Shown here: piece after piece, positions 50,469-63,819 of the stretch
Layout: the number at the start of each line of letters is the position of its first letter
Position numbering within the stretch: position 1 is the first letter of the stretch
DNA from: Vermamoeba vermiformis
Taxonomy: Eukaryota
Direction: 5' to 3'
NCBI GenBank assembly: GCA_045837725.1
Contig: JBEWZL010000049.1
Location: forward strand, 1 to 64,000
DNA length: 64,000 nucleotides
Made by a program: the position numbers and the translations under genes
The notes under the pieces: model-generated
Seen by the model: the letters and a program-made list of their open reading frames with translations, nothing else
The model's database searches: none
Told to the model about the DNA's origin: nothing

Positions 50469-52237
50469 ATGGCCGATAACAATGCAACCTGCCCCGGATG
50501 CGGGACCAAATTCTCAACATTTAAGTGGAAGGTAAGAAATTATTGCAATATTACATAAATAATTATTCTATAATTATACGCTATGCAAATCATATTACGT
50601 AGAGAATTGACAAAACATAAAATTATTATTATTATTTTTAGTTAATTATTGCCCCATTGTCTTATCAATTTAAATAGCACCAATGTCATAGATGCAATGC
50701 TGTGCGATGCCACGATTGTTCCTCGCATAAAATGCCCATTCCTAAACTTGGGATCACGAAACCAGAAAGGGTTTGCGATCTGTGTTACATAGCCTTAAAT
50801 TGTAAGCCCAAACAAGTCTCATATTCTGAATATATATTCTAATATTTTATTATTTAAGTGGCTCTAAAGAATACAGCAGATCTCGAACAGTTTCCTGTCA
50901 AAATGCTAAAACAATTTGCGCTCGATTACAATATTCCTGCAGCGCTCACCAATGCGTTAGAAAAAAGCGATATTATAGCGGGCCTATTAAAATATTACGA
51001 TCCTAATCAGGATAAAACGCATGAACGAGCCTTAAAAGACAGAGAAAAAAAACAAAAAAAGAAGCATTCAAAACCTTCAACAGCGGAATATCCCGGCAAC
51101 GTTAATACGAACCACTATAACAATAGCAATAGCAACCATCATAATAGACCGCAGCCGGAGCCTCATCGAACTTACTCGGATAATTTCTTCGATAATTTTG
51201 AAGGATTTTTCACCGGCGGAGCTCCTCATGTGACAAATAATCAGCAACAAGCACAAAATAGAGCTACTAATACAAACTTTAATCAAAATAACAATAGTGG
51301 TGGCTTCGGTGGATTTTTTGATGATGTATTCAATACGTTTTTCGGAGCTAACTCCGGTGCACATCCGCACAACCCACCGCCTCAACAACATCAATCTGCA
51401 AACGCAAATACAAATGTACATTACCATAATAACCCTTATAACAATAACGGGTCATCAGCACCGTATTCCAATCCTCACCAAAAACAGTATAGTTCATCGT
51501 ACCCACAACCCAATGTAAATAACAACGCCAATTATAGTAATAGCAGCAACAATAATCGATCGAACGGTCCATCGCAACAACAACATAGCTCGCAGCCTCA
51601 ACAACAAGTACCTCGAGCGGATCGACATCCTCAAGTAAGTCAATTAGCAACCAGTTCTAAAGCCAAAATAGGCTTGAAATTTCACTGCATAATCCTTATA
51701 TTACATATATAGTTATATATAATCATTAACATTAACTTACGTGTTACTTTACAGGCCCCTGTCGGTGAGGTTGTAATTCCCGAGAATTTTGATCTGAACG
51801 AGTTGAGTGTAGCACAATTGAAAGAAATATTGAAGAGACATCGCGTTGATTTCAAAGACTGTTTTGAGAAGTCAGATCTGATTCAGAAGATCCAGGACAA
51901 GATCATGAAGAAAACGAGCGATGCTGATAAGAAACCGGCGAGCAATAACACCAATAATAACGTTAATAACGTACCTTATAGTAAGTTTATCGTAATACTT
52001 TCACCTTTCGCTTTTGAACTTTGGATTTGGATCTAACTTTTGTTTGCATCAGATGAGAAAGTTGGATCGGAAGACAAAGACATTTGCGTTATTTGCCAAG
52101 ACAGGCACATCAAATGCGTGTTCTTAGAGTGCGGTCATTTAGCGTGTTGCATGGAGTGTTCAGTTAAAGTGCAGCATTGCCCTCTGTGTCGCAAATACAT
52201 TTCTCGTGTTGTAGAGATCTACCACGCCAATAAATAA
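50469..52237 (+). CDS. FYVE-like plus C-terminal RING E3 ligase (RNF34/RFFL-like architecture)
   Basis: FYVE-like region CPGCGTKFSTFKWKHQCHRC...CHDC...RVCDLC. Two helical LK..L...EKSDL repeats, an N/Q-rich linker, and RING CVICQDRHIKCVFLECGHLACCMECSVKVQHCPLCR. Confidence 0.9.
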
Positions 52238-52423
52238 AAATTGTACAATAAATGTTCATAAGGTACATTAGCGATCATCAGGTGAATAATATTATTACGA
52301 AGATGAAAATAGCAATTTTTGTCCAAATTTAGACAGAGTATTTTCTTCGATTCTGTTTTTGGTTTGGATCTGCTACCTAAACTGATGAACAGCAATCATT
52401 GAATTAATTGATATTTATATTCA

Positions 52424-54423
52424 ATGGATACTAGAGGAGAACGAGTTCCACTGCTGATTAATCAGGATGAGAAAGAAAAAACGGAGATCAACCAGGTTGA
52501 GGAGAAAAAGAAAAGTGAACTTACTGTAATCTTGCTCATGGTCGCTGTGGTAGCATTTGGTTCGTTAAATACTGTTGCACGAAAGGTAATCTTGGATCTG
52601 ATCATTTGCTAATATCGTATCAAATTTAGAAAATATAGACCCTTGATTTTATTCACGATCTTAATATGTTACGTTTAATATAGATCATGACCGTGCCTAT
52701 GGGCAATTATTCATTTTTTTTAGCGCTGTTTAACGGAGTTGCGTAAGTAACCGTCAAATTATGATTTTATTTTCAAAATTTTAATTTATTTTCAATTATA
52801 GCTATTTAATATTATACCCGATAATCTTATTTGTGCGCTATAAAATGAATATTGTCCCTAAAGAGTCGATCCTTTGGCCTTGGAAAAAGTAAGCGAAATG
52901 TCATACTTCCAAACGTTCCGATACCTTTTCATCTATAAAATATTTAAATATTATGAATAATAATTTTAATAATTAAAACTATTTTGAACTTACCCGAGAT
53001 CACAACGAACTTGCTTGTAGATCTACGCGTTTAAACTAATCGCCTTCATCATAGACCAGCCGTAAAGACTTCATGGTGGTCTAAGATACCGCCTTTGAAA
53101 TACTTCGCGTTGACTGGTCTGCTCGACGGTCTCGGATCCATTCTTCAACTGCTCGCGTAAGTACTTTAGTATTCATTAGTCTATACAGTCCTCGTTGCGC
53201 GGTTTGACTTCAAATTGGTAATTTAATACAATAATGCAATTACGACCCAAGCGAAGCTGTCGTGTCAAAAAATTGTTTCTTCGTTACCATAAAAGGATCC
53301 TTCCGAACTTTGAGACCAGTCTGGAAGCTTCGTAATTAACCTTCCGTGGCTTCTTATGTCTTCTATTATTTGCTAACCCTATTCTCACTAGCACTCCGCA
53401 TGTGTTGGGACCATTGACACCGCTGCTTGGTCAAACGATCATTTTATTTTTGATGATTTGCGCCTTGATCATTTTGAAAACAAGGTAAACTACAATAATA
53501 TATGGATACTACGCAATAATAGTACTTAAAACGCGTTAGTTCGCGACGTATCCTAATGCCGGATCTGTTTTTAGGTACACGTATTGGCAATGTTTTACCG
53601 TCCTAGTAGTCGTAGTTGGAACTTTTATCTCGTTGATTCCTGATGTAGTCGGCAAGCTCAAGGGAGAGAATAGTTTATTGTTCAGTATAGTGCTTGCGAT
53701 CTCGGGATTTCCCTTCGCAATGTCATACACGTAAGTTCACTAAAAATGTCGGCTTCATCAGCCAAAATGTATTCTTTAATATTTTATGGTGCTAATCTTA
53801 TCAACCTAGTATCAAAGAGCTCGTTTTTAAAGAAAAGCCAGGTTTGGACGTCTTCGTCTTGAGTTCGCATACAGCCATCTTTCAACTTTTATTTTACCCG
53901 CTTTTCGTGCCAATCAGCGTGTTGCTGCATCAAACAGGCACACAAGGATTATTTCAGTACATTAAAGACGGATTTAGGTACGGTGACATTACGACGGTGA
54001 ACGACTCTTGACTTACTTGTTACCCGAACCTATACTGATTATCTTTGCAGCTGTTTCGTCGGAATTACTCCAGATACTCTTCCAGCCGGCACCTGCTCAC
54101 CAGATCCGTATCCATATTTGGTCTACATCGCTATGAATATCGGCTACAACATCGCTTTATTGTGGTTGCTCAAAGTTGCGAGTGCGCTTCAAACATTCAT
54201 GGCCAGCACAGCTGTGTTGCCCGTATCAGTTTTGTTGTTCTACTTCAAGTGGCCGTTGCTAGGATGCTCGCCTATTGATTCATTTATCATTATCGGCCTC
54301 GTGACAATTTTGGTGGGACTTGTTGGCTACCGATTGACAACGCATTGGAAGACAAAGTACCCGAAGCAATCAACGTGCTTTTCGTGCTACTTACCTGTAA
54401 AATCCTCGAACGGCACTGTGTAA
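52424..54423 (+). CDS. Chloroquine-resistance-transporter-like (CRT/CLT) drug/metabolite transporter
   Basis: Motifs GSLNTVARKIMTVPMGNYSFFL, GLLDG, SYTIKELVFK and YIAMNIGYNIALLWLLKVASA; about 10 TM; acidic di-leucine-like ERVPLL at the N-terminus. Confidence 0.85.
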
Positions 54424-54754
54424 ATGTATGCAGTTTGTAATATATAAAAATTAATCCACTTGGTCCCTGGTCAACAGTTTTTTCATTTTTTAACTTTAGC
54501 AAATGTACAACGAACGAGATTGTCAGCAGCTTTTTATTTGGTAATTTCACTCGCGCAAATTAATTGTTCCTCATGCGATACTTTGGACAAACAGCAACAA
54601 ATAATCAGCACGAGATCGATTGATTGGCAATGTAATAGATCCCTCAGATTCTAGCTTACAAAAATTCAAATATTATTCACATGACTAATTGGAATTGAGG
54701 TTCCTCAATTAAATTTTATGGTCGCTTTTTTGATTATTACAAAAATTATTTATT

Positions 54755-56650
54755 TTAAACAAATTGCCAGATAGAATTAACTTTATGCCACAAAGGCATT
54801 GTCATTAATCTAAGGCCCGCAAATAATATTACCACGCCGGCTAATTTCCAAGGGAAACTAAATCCAGATCTCGTTCTGCTTCTGCAACATAGGTATGTCA
54901 AAATTTACTACGAAACCAGTTCTTACAATAAACAAAGTACTAACCTTACTTTTTTCCGTTAGTTACCGGTTCAGGTTCGTTAATATTGTCTGCAAGCTGC
55001 AGCTTGAACTCCAGTACGCCGTCCTTTGCCGAGAACAACTTTGGAATGTCGTCTCTGCGAGGAGGTACAAAGCGCAATAATCGCTGGTCATCGGGGAGTT
55101 GCGCAACGAACATGCCAGTGCCGAATTTGACGGTGTTCTGCAACTGTTCCCAGCCATCCACATCCTCTTCAGGAGGAATATCGACTTTGACGACCACGTA
55201 CTGGTTATTGATGTCCCAATCGCACTTGATAGGCCGGTTTGTAATGTAGTCCTGATTGATGCCAGCACAACGGATTCGGACTCTCATCTCGCCGTTTTTA
55301 ATGTCAACTCGGCCCTAAACAGTATTGTAAGTACTCTCTAATAATTATTCATATGATATACGTACAAATAAGTCGCTAAAGCCTTCACTAACGATGGTGT
55401 AGCCCAAGAACTGCATGTTGTGCATAGTGAAGTGACCCTTCGGTGCTTGACCTGGGTTATTAGCCTTGGGCAAGATAATAGGAGGCTTGCCGTCCTCTTC
55501 ATCAAGTACGAGACTATGATCCCAATCCTTAATCATTCGTTCTACCAATCTGTTCGCTCGATCCATGACTTGTTGGATTAAATTAATCTCCTTAGGGAGA
55601 TTGTTCTCGTACATTTTAGACTCAATGGCCTAATGCATATTTAAATCAATACTGATTTTCTAAATTATAGGGAAGAAAATTGGATTCGGATCTGCTTACC
55701 GCAATAACTTTCTCGTTATGCTCGCTCATAGAGGCGTCATTGCCAAGGAAGAAATGGATAGTACGTCGACCGTTGTAGATAGTAGTACCCATGAAGGGCT
55801 CAGGCAACCACGAGACCATCTTCTTAAAACGCTCATCTTGCTCGGGCTCTTCGAAGGCGTAAGTTCGCTTGACTTCTTCAATGAGCTTGGCTAATTCTTC
55901 AAGAGTGTTGACATGAGCCCAGTTGTGCACGATCAGAAGGCGATTGGTGGGAGTAACTGGCTTTTCAGTATTGTCCAACTGACGGATTAAGTTGCCGATC
56001 TGAACTTGAGTGTCGCGAGTGAACTTGGGAGTAACGTAGATGACGCGAGTAGCGATCTCCAAGGTCAATTGACGCAACAAGAATTCAGTGGCACGCACAT
56101 CAGTCAAATCAGCGTCTTTAAAAAGGTAAAGAATTAACGAATCCGGTCCAAGAATTGAATTTGAAAAGAACTTACTTGAACAAGGATAATTAGTGCCTTG
56201 AGTATCCAAGTAGATAACGTCGTTAATAACATTTTTAGGAGCGTCAGGGACAATCTCTTGGTTCAATTCTTCTTGTTCTAGAAGCTCCATCAACTCTCGC
56301 TCGCTCAACTGGCTTTTGTCGATCTCTTGCTTTTGCTCAACTCTCGGGTCTGTAGACTCTTCTAGAGTGGCGCCTTCAGGCAAAATCATGCAGAGGCCAG
56401 GAGTGTGGACAGTATGACCGCTTGGCAGGTTGATCTGATCCTTTTTGAGCTTTCGGATCAAGAAAGTTTTACCAGCGTTGGCATCACCAAGCAACGTGAC
56501 GAGCCTGCCAAAAACTTTGCACAAGGCCTTCTTACGTCTTCCGTATATCTTCCAGCCCAGTCTCAGTTTGCGGACTGATTGGATGGCGATCACCTGATCG
56601 TACATGTCATCGAGACATTTTTGGATATCGGCATCGGTGTAGTTAGACAT
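54755..56650 (-). CDS. Atypical P-loop GTPase (GBP/dynamin-superfamily-like) with C-terminal Hsp20-like beta domain and possible hydrophobic tail
   Basis: G1 LLGDANAGKT, G2 HTPG, G3 YLDTQG, G4-like LIVHN. C-terminal VVVKVDIP...FGTGMFVAQLP...KDGVLEFKL. Ends either at 54946 or, with a last intron, at 54755. Confidence 0.8.
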
Positions 56651-56745
56651 TTGTGGTGTTGTTTTGAAGGTAAGTTGTTGAATGCTAAACAGACCCTGAC
56701 ATTCGTATTTATCTGCTTAAGAATTGAACGAAATCACAAATCGCT

Positions 56746-56873
56746 CACGTGTAATTGGAAAATTTTTTTCCACTTTAGGCAGTATTCTTATTCTTTGACA
56801 TTCGACGGACAGCTCACGTGATTTTGAACGCAGGATAGGCCAGCAATGTTGAAATCTCAAATTATATCACGTG
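56746..56873. promoter_or_regulatory. Three TCACGTG (E-box/G-box) sites in the divergent promoter between the two GTPase genes
   Basis: CACGTG occurs at 56746, 56815 and 56868, each preceded by T. Confidence 0.5.
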
Positions 56874-56968
56874 CGTGTATTCTTGTAAGAATTGCTGATG
56901 TCCTTCTAATTAGAAAAATTTGCGACGCCATTATTAATTCATTTATTTGTTTTCAACAACACAACAAT

Positions 56969-59900
56969 ATGAATAGCCCAGCCAAATTCTACTCGATTAC
57001 GAGTGGTTCTAACACTCCCAATAATAGAACTCCTGCTCCATCTGCATCCCCGACGCCATCCACACCCTCAAAGCCCAATGTAGTTGCTCCGACTGCGCCT
57101 AACAACAATAACACAGGCACAACAAATGGCGCTTCTAAAACAAAAGCAGAAGAAGATCAAAAGAAAAAGCCCGTTGTTGAACCTTTGCCTGAGGACTCGC
57201 CTGAAGGCTCGGATTCGGACTCAGCTGAGGAAACTTCAGAAGAAGAATCAAAGTCTGATAGTAGTAGAACTAAGCCTAAGCCCAGGTTCAATTCTCGTAA
57301 GTTCACGAACGGACACGAAGAGAATCCGGATTCTTCAGTTGAACTCGGTCGTCTTCACGGGATCTGCCACGAGCTTGAAGCCATCGTTGCTCAACTCAAT
57401 GACTCGCATCGTATTAAGAGAGACGATGCCATATCAATGCTCTACTCTTTGTTGGATGAAGCCTTCACTGTGTAAGTCCCATATGCACTTTTGATCCGGA
57501 TGCACGCGACTAACTTTTTGACTTAAGCTTGGGTATGAATGATATCTTACCAAGGACTCTAGTGGTCGGCCAGCAGAGCGGAGGCAAAACCAGCCTTTTC
57601 GAAGCTCTTTTGCGTCTCCCGATCGGCACACCTCGCCCAGGTAAGAATTGGATTCGCATCCGCTAAAAAAACCTTCTGAAAACGGAGAAGACCTTCTTTT
57701 AATATTTAATTGTCTGCACCAAATTTTATGTATATATGAAGGTTTCTCATCAGACAACATTTTCTAGAAATGGCTACGAAGATCCCACAAATCATTCGCA
57801 TGCGATGCAATCGACAATGCCAGAAGCCCAAGATCTCCTATTATTGGAAGGGCCAGCAATTTAACTGCGCTGATCCCGGCCAGTTAATTAGGGAAGTGAA
57901 CGACATCAACGATAAAGTTGATAAAATCGATATGGACGCGTATATCGAGATCACTATTGAATATGCTAAGGCACGTACGATCACTTTGATCGATTTGCCG
58001 GGCATTTTTGTTGCCTCATCCAAGAAGAACCCCAACATCTCCGCTGACGACATCGACAAACTCGTTGCTAAATGGGTCCTTGAGCGTCCTCATGACAGAA
58101 TTCTGCTCATTCAACGCATGAACGACGATGGAACTACGGTTAAAGCTCCACATATGGTTCTCGGAGTAAGTTCCGAAAAGTAAATTGATCAGATCCGGAT
58201 TGAAATTCTAATCAATTCTATTTACAGTCCAAAGAATATCCGAACCCTTGGGACCCTAAACTCAAGAGAACGACCCTCGTCATGACGCACTTCGACATGA
58301 TTAAGTCGGATCTTGAGATCAACTTGAACCGAAAAATTCATAATGTCGGTACTACGCCTGTTTACCCCTTCGTTATGACTCTTCACTCGATTCCAATGTC
58401 TGCCAACAGAGGAGAGCTCTCTCGTAGCACGGCAAGATGGTAACGAGTTTTTCTTAGAATAGATTTCATTTGGCGTGCTCTAATTGCGTTTATAAATAGG
58501 GAGGATCTCAAAACGGAGATTGAAAAGCAGCAACGAGTCAATCAGGAAGCTGACGAGAAAAAATACTATCAGCTTTCAGACCAGTACGTATAATACCTAA
58601 CTTCCTTTTTCCTCAGTGATAATAGCTAAACTCGTGCTATATAATATTAAATTAATTAATTGTAATTGTTAGCGCGCGGGCTGACTGGAAAAATCGCATT
58701 GGTTTTGCCGCGTTCGAGAAAGAATTCGTTAAGATGGTCAACAACGACTTCATTAAGAAAGCGTCCTCTATCATCGACATATTCATGCGAGAATACAGAA
58801 AATTAACGCAATCTAAAGAAGAGTTTGAGAAGTTGTACAAACAAACGCCTGAGATCAGCAACTACATGCGCAACTTTATTCGTATGAAAATCATAATATA
58901 TTTTCCTAAATCATTAACTCATTAATATTTTTATACTACAGAATCCTTCGTCGACTCCATGCGCGACATTTTTGGCCAAAGCGACCACGCGGATGCAGAT
59001 CTGAATGTCTTTGGTGTAACGCTCCAACGAGACCTTGAAGAATCACGTAAGCTCACTTTAACATATAATATATTAATACTAAACCTTCATTAGATGAATT
59101 CTTGCAATCGCTTCCGAAGCCCGTTGAAGAATGGCCGCCCCAATTTGACGCTACAACTCTTGGTACGTGCCGAAAAATATTTTTGATCTAATAAGGCATG
59201 TTATTAATTATTTATTATAGGCTCAATCGAGAATGCCGATCAGCACTTGATCACCAAACTTATTCTTGAACGACTTAAAGTCGAGATCAAGCAAAGATAC
59301 GCAGCGGTTAACCTTGATGAAGTGTCCAAAACGCGTCTTTTGGCCGCCATGAAACTTCAAGGCGATGTCTCTGTGAAGATGTCAGCGGTAAGTTGAGATT
59401 TAAGCTTTTTCTGAGAAAAAAAATACGTTGTTAAAACATGCTATTTAGGCCGGCCCTATCCTCCGCACAGAAGCGGAAAAACGGTTGGCTACCGGTGTAC
59501 CTTATTGTGTCTGGCGAGTAGTATACACCTTACATTATATGAAACAGCTCGCACTTCATGAGCTTCGTGAAAGTTACCCGCTTTTGATCGACAATCAGCA
59601 GTTCATGAATTACTTCGACAAAGTTTTTTACGAGTATTTGATCAAGCGCGGTGAAGACACCATTGCGAAATGTAAGTCCATAGTCTACTAATAGTATTAT
59701 ATCAGTATCTTATTGTTCGTAAGGCTTGGGCCATATCGAGGATGTGGTCAAATCTCACCGATGGAACTTGCCCGAAGAATTAATGACGCTGACTTCGGAG
59801 TTTATGAGCACCAAGCAAGACGAAGAGGACAACAAGAAGAAAGACGTGCTTCAATTGATCGATCAGGTCTCTGACATCTTGTCGCCCTTCAAGGCCCAAT

Positions 59901-60493
59901 TAGTAGGCGTGGACTTTGACAAACTCGTGAAGAAAGTCTTCAAGGCCGCACGCAAGAGAAAGGTAAAGACAATTTAAATTGCTACTTAAATTCCTGGAAT
60001 TGATTTTAACGTTTTTATCCAGCTTTCTAAGGCGATCAAACAAGCTTTCAAAGCGATGACTGGATCCACCAGCCACGAAGTTGCTCCTGAGGAAGAAGAT
60101 CAGCTTTACGAGCACATTCTCGCTCAATTTGAGGCCTTAAAGTCGCTCGTCACGCTCTTCATCGTGATGTCCGTTGAAAGTAACATCACAAAAGAATTGT
60201 ACGTCAAAATATCTTGATATTTATGCAAGCGTCATTGTTAATATTTCCTTTTTAGGGATACCACGGTGGCCAAAGATCGAATGCTTTACGCGTACCTCGA
60301 TGATAAGATCATGCCGTTATTAAATGAAAACAACAACGATCTCGTGGATCTGCGTGAACTTAAAGAAGAATATTTGAAGAAGGCCGAACAGTGCGGAAAA
60401 GACGCCGCAGTGGTCGATCGTTTGATCAAAGCAGCTCAAACAGCTATTAAGAACCTTGCTGATCACGACCACAACATTGCCTTGAATTTTTAA
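56969..60493 (+). CDS. Divergent dynamin-related GTPase
   Basis: G1 LVVGQQSGGKTSLFEALL, G2 MATKIP, G3 ITLIDLPG, G4 VMTHFD, followed by a long helical stalk. N-terminus is Pro/Ser-rich and low complexity; many introns. Confidence 0.88.
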
Positions 60494-60868
60494 GGTATAA
60501 TTGAAGTCATATGCTACGATAGCATGCGCACTTCAAGATTTTGCTTGTTTTCAATAAAATTTTCGTTTATGTCTGCGGTCAAAATCTATCTGTGGAATAA
60601 CAGCAAGATCTTCTATAAGTCGGCGCTAGTTAACCTCGAAGTCTGCAGATATTCAAAGAGGTATGCATCAGTATATCTTGTAGCACTGCCACGTGGTTAA
60701 CCTGTCAGTCAAAGATTTGACACAAAATTTTTCACGCGTTGCGACAAAGAACTTTTGATTCAATACGAAAGTAACAACAGCAGCCTTATTATTGCTCTAA
60801 CAAACTCAGTTGTGTAGTTTGCTTGACAAGCAAACCGTAACATCAGATCAACAGTACTACTGCAGCAA

Positions 60869-63127
60869 ATGAAGCGATTATATGTGTCTTTGTTATGCCT
60901 CTTTGTATTGGTGCTAATGACGAGTAGCGTTCGGTGCGACTTGGTGATTCTGTCTCCATCCAGACCGTAAGTCTAACCTACAAACAAATTTTGTTCTCCA
61001 ACGCGAAATTTACTCCAATTAATAGAATGGTGGGTCGATTACCCTTAAATTATATGTTTACAACGGCTAGTAATATAATTAACTAGGGTCGCGCGCTTAT
61101 TTTTAGTTCCATGATTCATGACAGCTAATTAATTACAGCGACAATTCGTCTTTCCCGATTGTACAAGCACCACCAGGACTATGGGCAGTTACAAGTTTTA
61201 ATATTACTGCAGAACTAGTGCTTGTGGTAAGTTAAAAGCGGCCAACATCCGCTGTTTTTTGCCTTTTTAAGAAGTCGTTTACGCAACTCTTTATCATCAT
61301 TATATTGTTTACCCTTTGTATTAACATACTCGTAGAATGGATCCGGTTGCAATGGCTACGATGGCTATGACATTGAAGGTAAAATTGTAGCAATCACAGA
61401 GAAAAACGGATGCAGCTACGGACGACGAGTAATTCGAGCTCTTGAAGGTAAATTATTCAGTAAATAAATTATATACACTAAAAGACTTCTTTCCTTATTA
61501 AGTTAAATTAGCGAATAAAATTAGTTAACTTTTCTATTATTTAAGGCAACGCTTTAGCCGTCATATTTCTTACTGGGAAGTCCATACCTGGCCAAGATGC
61601 TCGTATGCCGCAAGAAGATGAAATTGGGCCGTTTGAACTTCCAGCGGTTTATGTAAATCTGGATCATGTTTTACGAAATTGAATCGATGTATCTAACTAC
61701 TATTGCCAACCTCAGATTGGAGGAGACGGTACCTATATAAGCAGTCTATTACTAAATTCCACTGTTGTAATCAACTTGGCGCCCAGTAAGTCGGTTTAAC
61801 AATAGACCATTAAATTTGGAATTCAACTGCGCAGATTGATCCGTGATTAATACGAATCATTTACTATAGGTCCTAATCAGTGGGTCATATTCTACGATTC
61901 GCCGGGTTTCATTGCCTATCAAGCAATTTTCCTGGCCATCTTTGCCGGTACGCTAGCAATTGCGATTTGGAAGTTGGTTGAGGTCGTGCGACACTCAAAA
62001 TGTCAATTCTCCATATTACAAGTATTTATCTGGGTAGAAATCGTCAACAACACAAGTAAGTGTCGATGATAAATTAACGACCAAATCCGGATGCAGACTG
62101 AAATTTTGCTTAGTGCGCACTGTATACTTCTTCGATCCGTTCAGAAGTAGAGGCGTATACAATATCATCGCATCATTCTTATTAGAAACCCTTCACATGC
62201 CCTTGACTTGTAAGTAAATTTCGGATGCAGCAAAAACTTGCCATTTTTAGAGCAGAAACTCTAGCTATTGTCGACGTACTAATATGTCTGAATATAGTCA
62301 TTGCTTCGATGCTAGTCTCGTTGTACTGGCTCGAATCTGTCTCTGATTACCTTTCATCAAAACCGACAGCGAAATGGCTGGGCAAAATGTCAGCTCCGTT
62401 CTACGTCTTTCTGGGGCTCGTAGCAGCACTATACATCGCATTCTTGACAATGGCCTATTTAGGAAATGAAAACGCTGATGATGTCGTTACTGTCATTTTC
62501 GTTTTGTTCGGATGCGCTGCTATAGTTTTGATCGTAGTTGGTATGAAACAGCCATCCAGTTAATCTAACAATATTAACGTGAAATTTGGATATAGGCGCC
62601 AAGGTCTTATCAGTTTCGGTTAAATTATCACAAAGTGTGGGCAAAGCCAGTGGACGAAATTTAACTGTCAGAATCGTACGTAACAAGACTCTAAAATACA
62701 TTACTGTGAATCTGATAGTATATTATGTACTAGATGACCGTCAAATTGGTGTTTGTAGCGTTAGGAATGATTTTATTGTTAAGCATTTACCCTTCGTACC
62801 CGAAAATCAAATCGTAAGTATTTACATCTCATTAATACCGTAGTTTAATGTATATCATATAGTTTGACGTACATAGAACGGTTATTCGGCCAAAACATCA
62901 TAATCTTTGGTTCCCTCGCAATTGTATCCATCGCGCAACTTTTGACCATCCAGAAACGAAGACCCTCCAAGTCTTGGACGTCCAATAGCGGTTCTAGTAC
63001 GTCTTACTATCATCTCTTTACTATTTTCGTTGCTAATCATCTAATGTTCTCAGCTAAACTTGGCACCCGTTCAACTTCAAGAACGGATCTCACGCAGGTT
63101 GTTGAACCGCCCACTGTCGTTGTTTAA
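60869..63127 (+). CDS. Signal peptide, protease-associated (PA) domain and multi-pass (about 7 TM) receptor-like protein
   Basis: PA signature GC...IEGKIVAITEKNGCSYGRRVIRALEGNALAVIF...LPAVYIG, followed by successive hydrophobic exons and a Ser/Thr-rich tail. Confidence 0.75.
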
Positions 63128-63382
63128 GCCCTTTTATATTTATCCTGTACTATATGTAAAGTATTTTATTATACAATTAGAGTCGCGACTAATTTTGCTT
63201 CGCTTATATGCTTGGCCAGTACGTACTTAGAAAAATCCGCTTTATTTTAATTGACAAAAAACTGAATACATTATTTTGAACCAATTCGAACTAGTACTCC
63301 ACTCGCTGTATCACTATTAACATATAATAACAACGACTGAAATACTCGCCCGAACGAATAGATCCACACACGAGCGCTTGTT

Positions 63383-63819
63383 TTAACGCTTGACCCATTG
63401 GAAGGCACGACGAGCCTTTCTGCGACCAGGCTTCTTTCTTTCAACTTCACGTGCATCTCTAGTCAAGTAGTTGCCGAGCTTCAATGGTGGGTAAAGTTCT
63501 GGGTCTACGTTCAACAAAGCACGAGCAATAGCAAGGCGAATAGCGCCAGCTTGGCCTGATGGACCACCGCCTGAAGCAGTGATTTCGAGGTCGTATGTGT
63601 TCAGTCGCTCAGTGACCATCAAAGGTTGAATCATGTGATCACGCACGTAAGGCAGCTAACACCAAAAATATCAGCAAATGTTCGCAAAAATTGATTATTG
63701 GCAACAGATCGTGGATCCGTTGACGAGTGCCAAAAGCCATTAACAATACTTACAGGGAAATAATACATCCAGTGTTTACCGTTAATAGTAATATTGCCGG
63801 TACCCTTCTTTAAGTGCAC
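63383..63819 (-). CDS. MRPS9: Mitochondrial ribosomal protein uS9m, 3' exons (gene continues beyond the window)
   Basis: GTGNITINGK, GGGPSGQAGAIRLAIARAL and LTRDAREVERKKPGRRKARRAFQWVKR. Confidence 0.93.

Noticed and set aside
57528..57532. Possible 5-nt microexon (ag|cttgg|gt) in the dynamin-like gene
   Set aside because: Including it introduces a stop, whereas direct splicing gives an in-frame AFTVTLVVGQQSGGKT.
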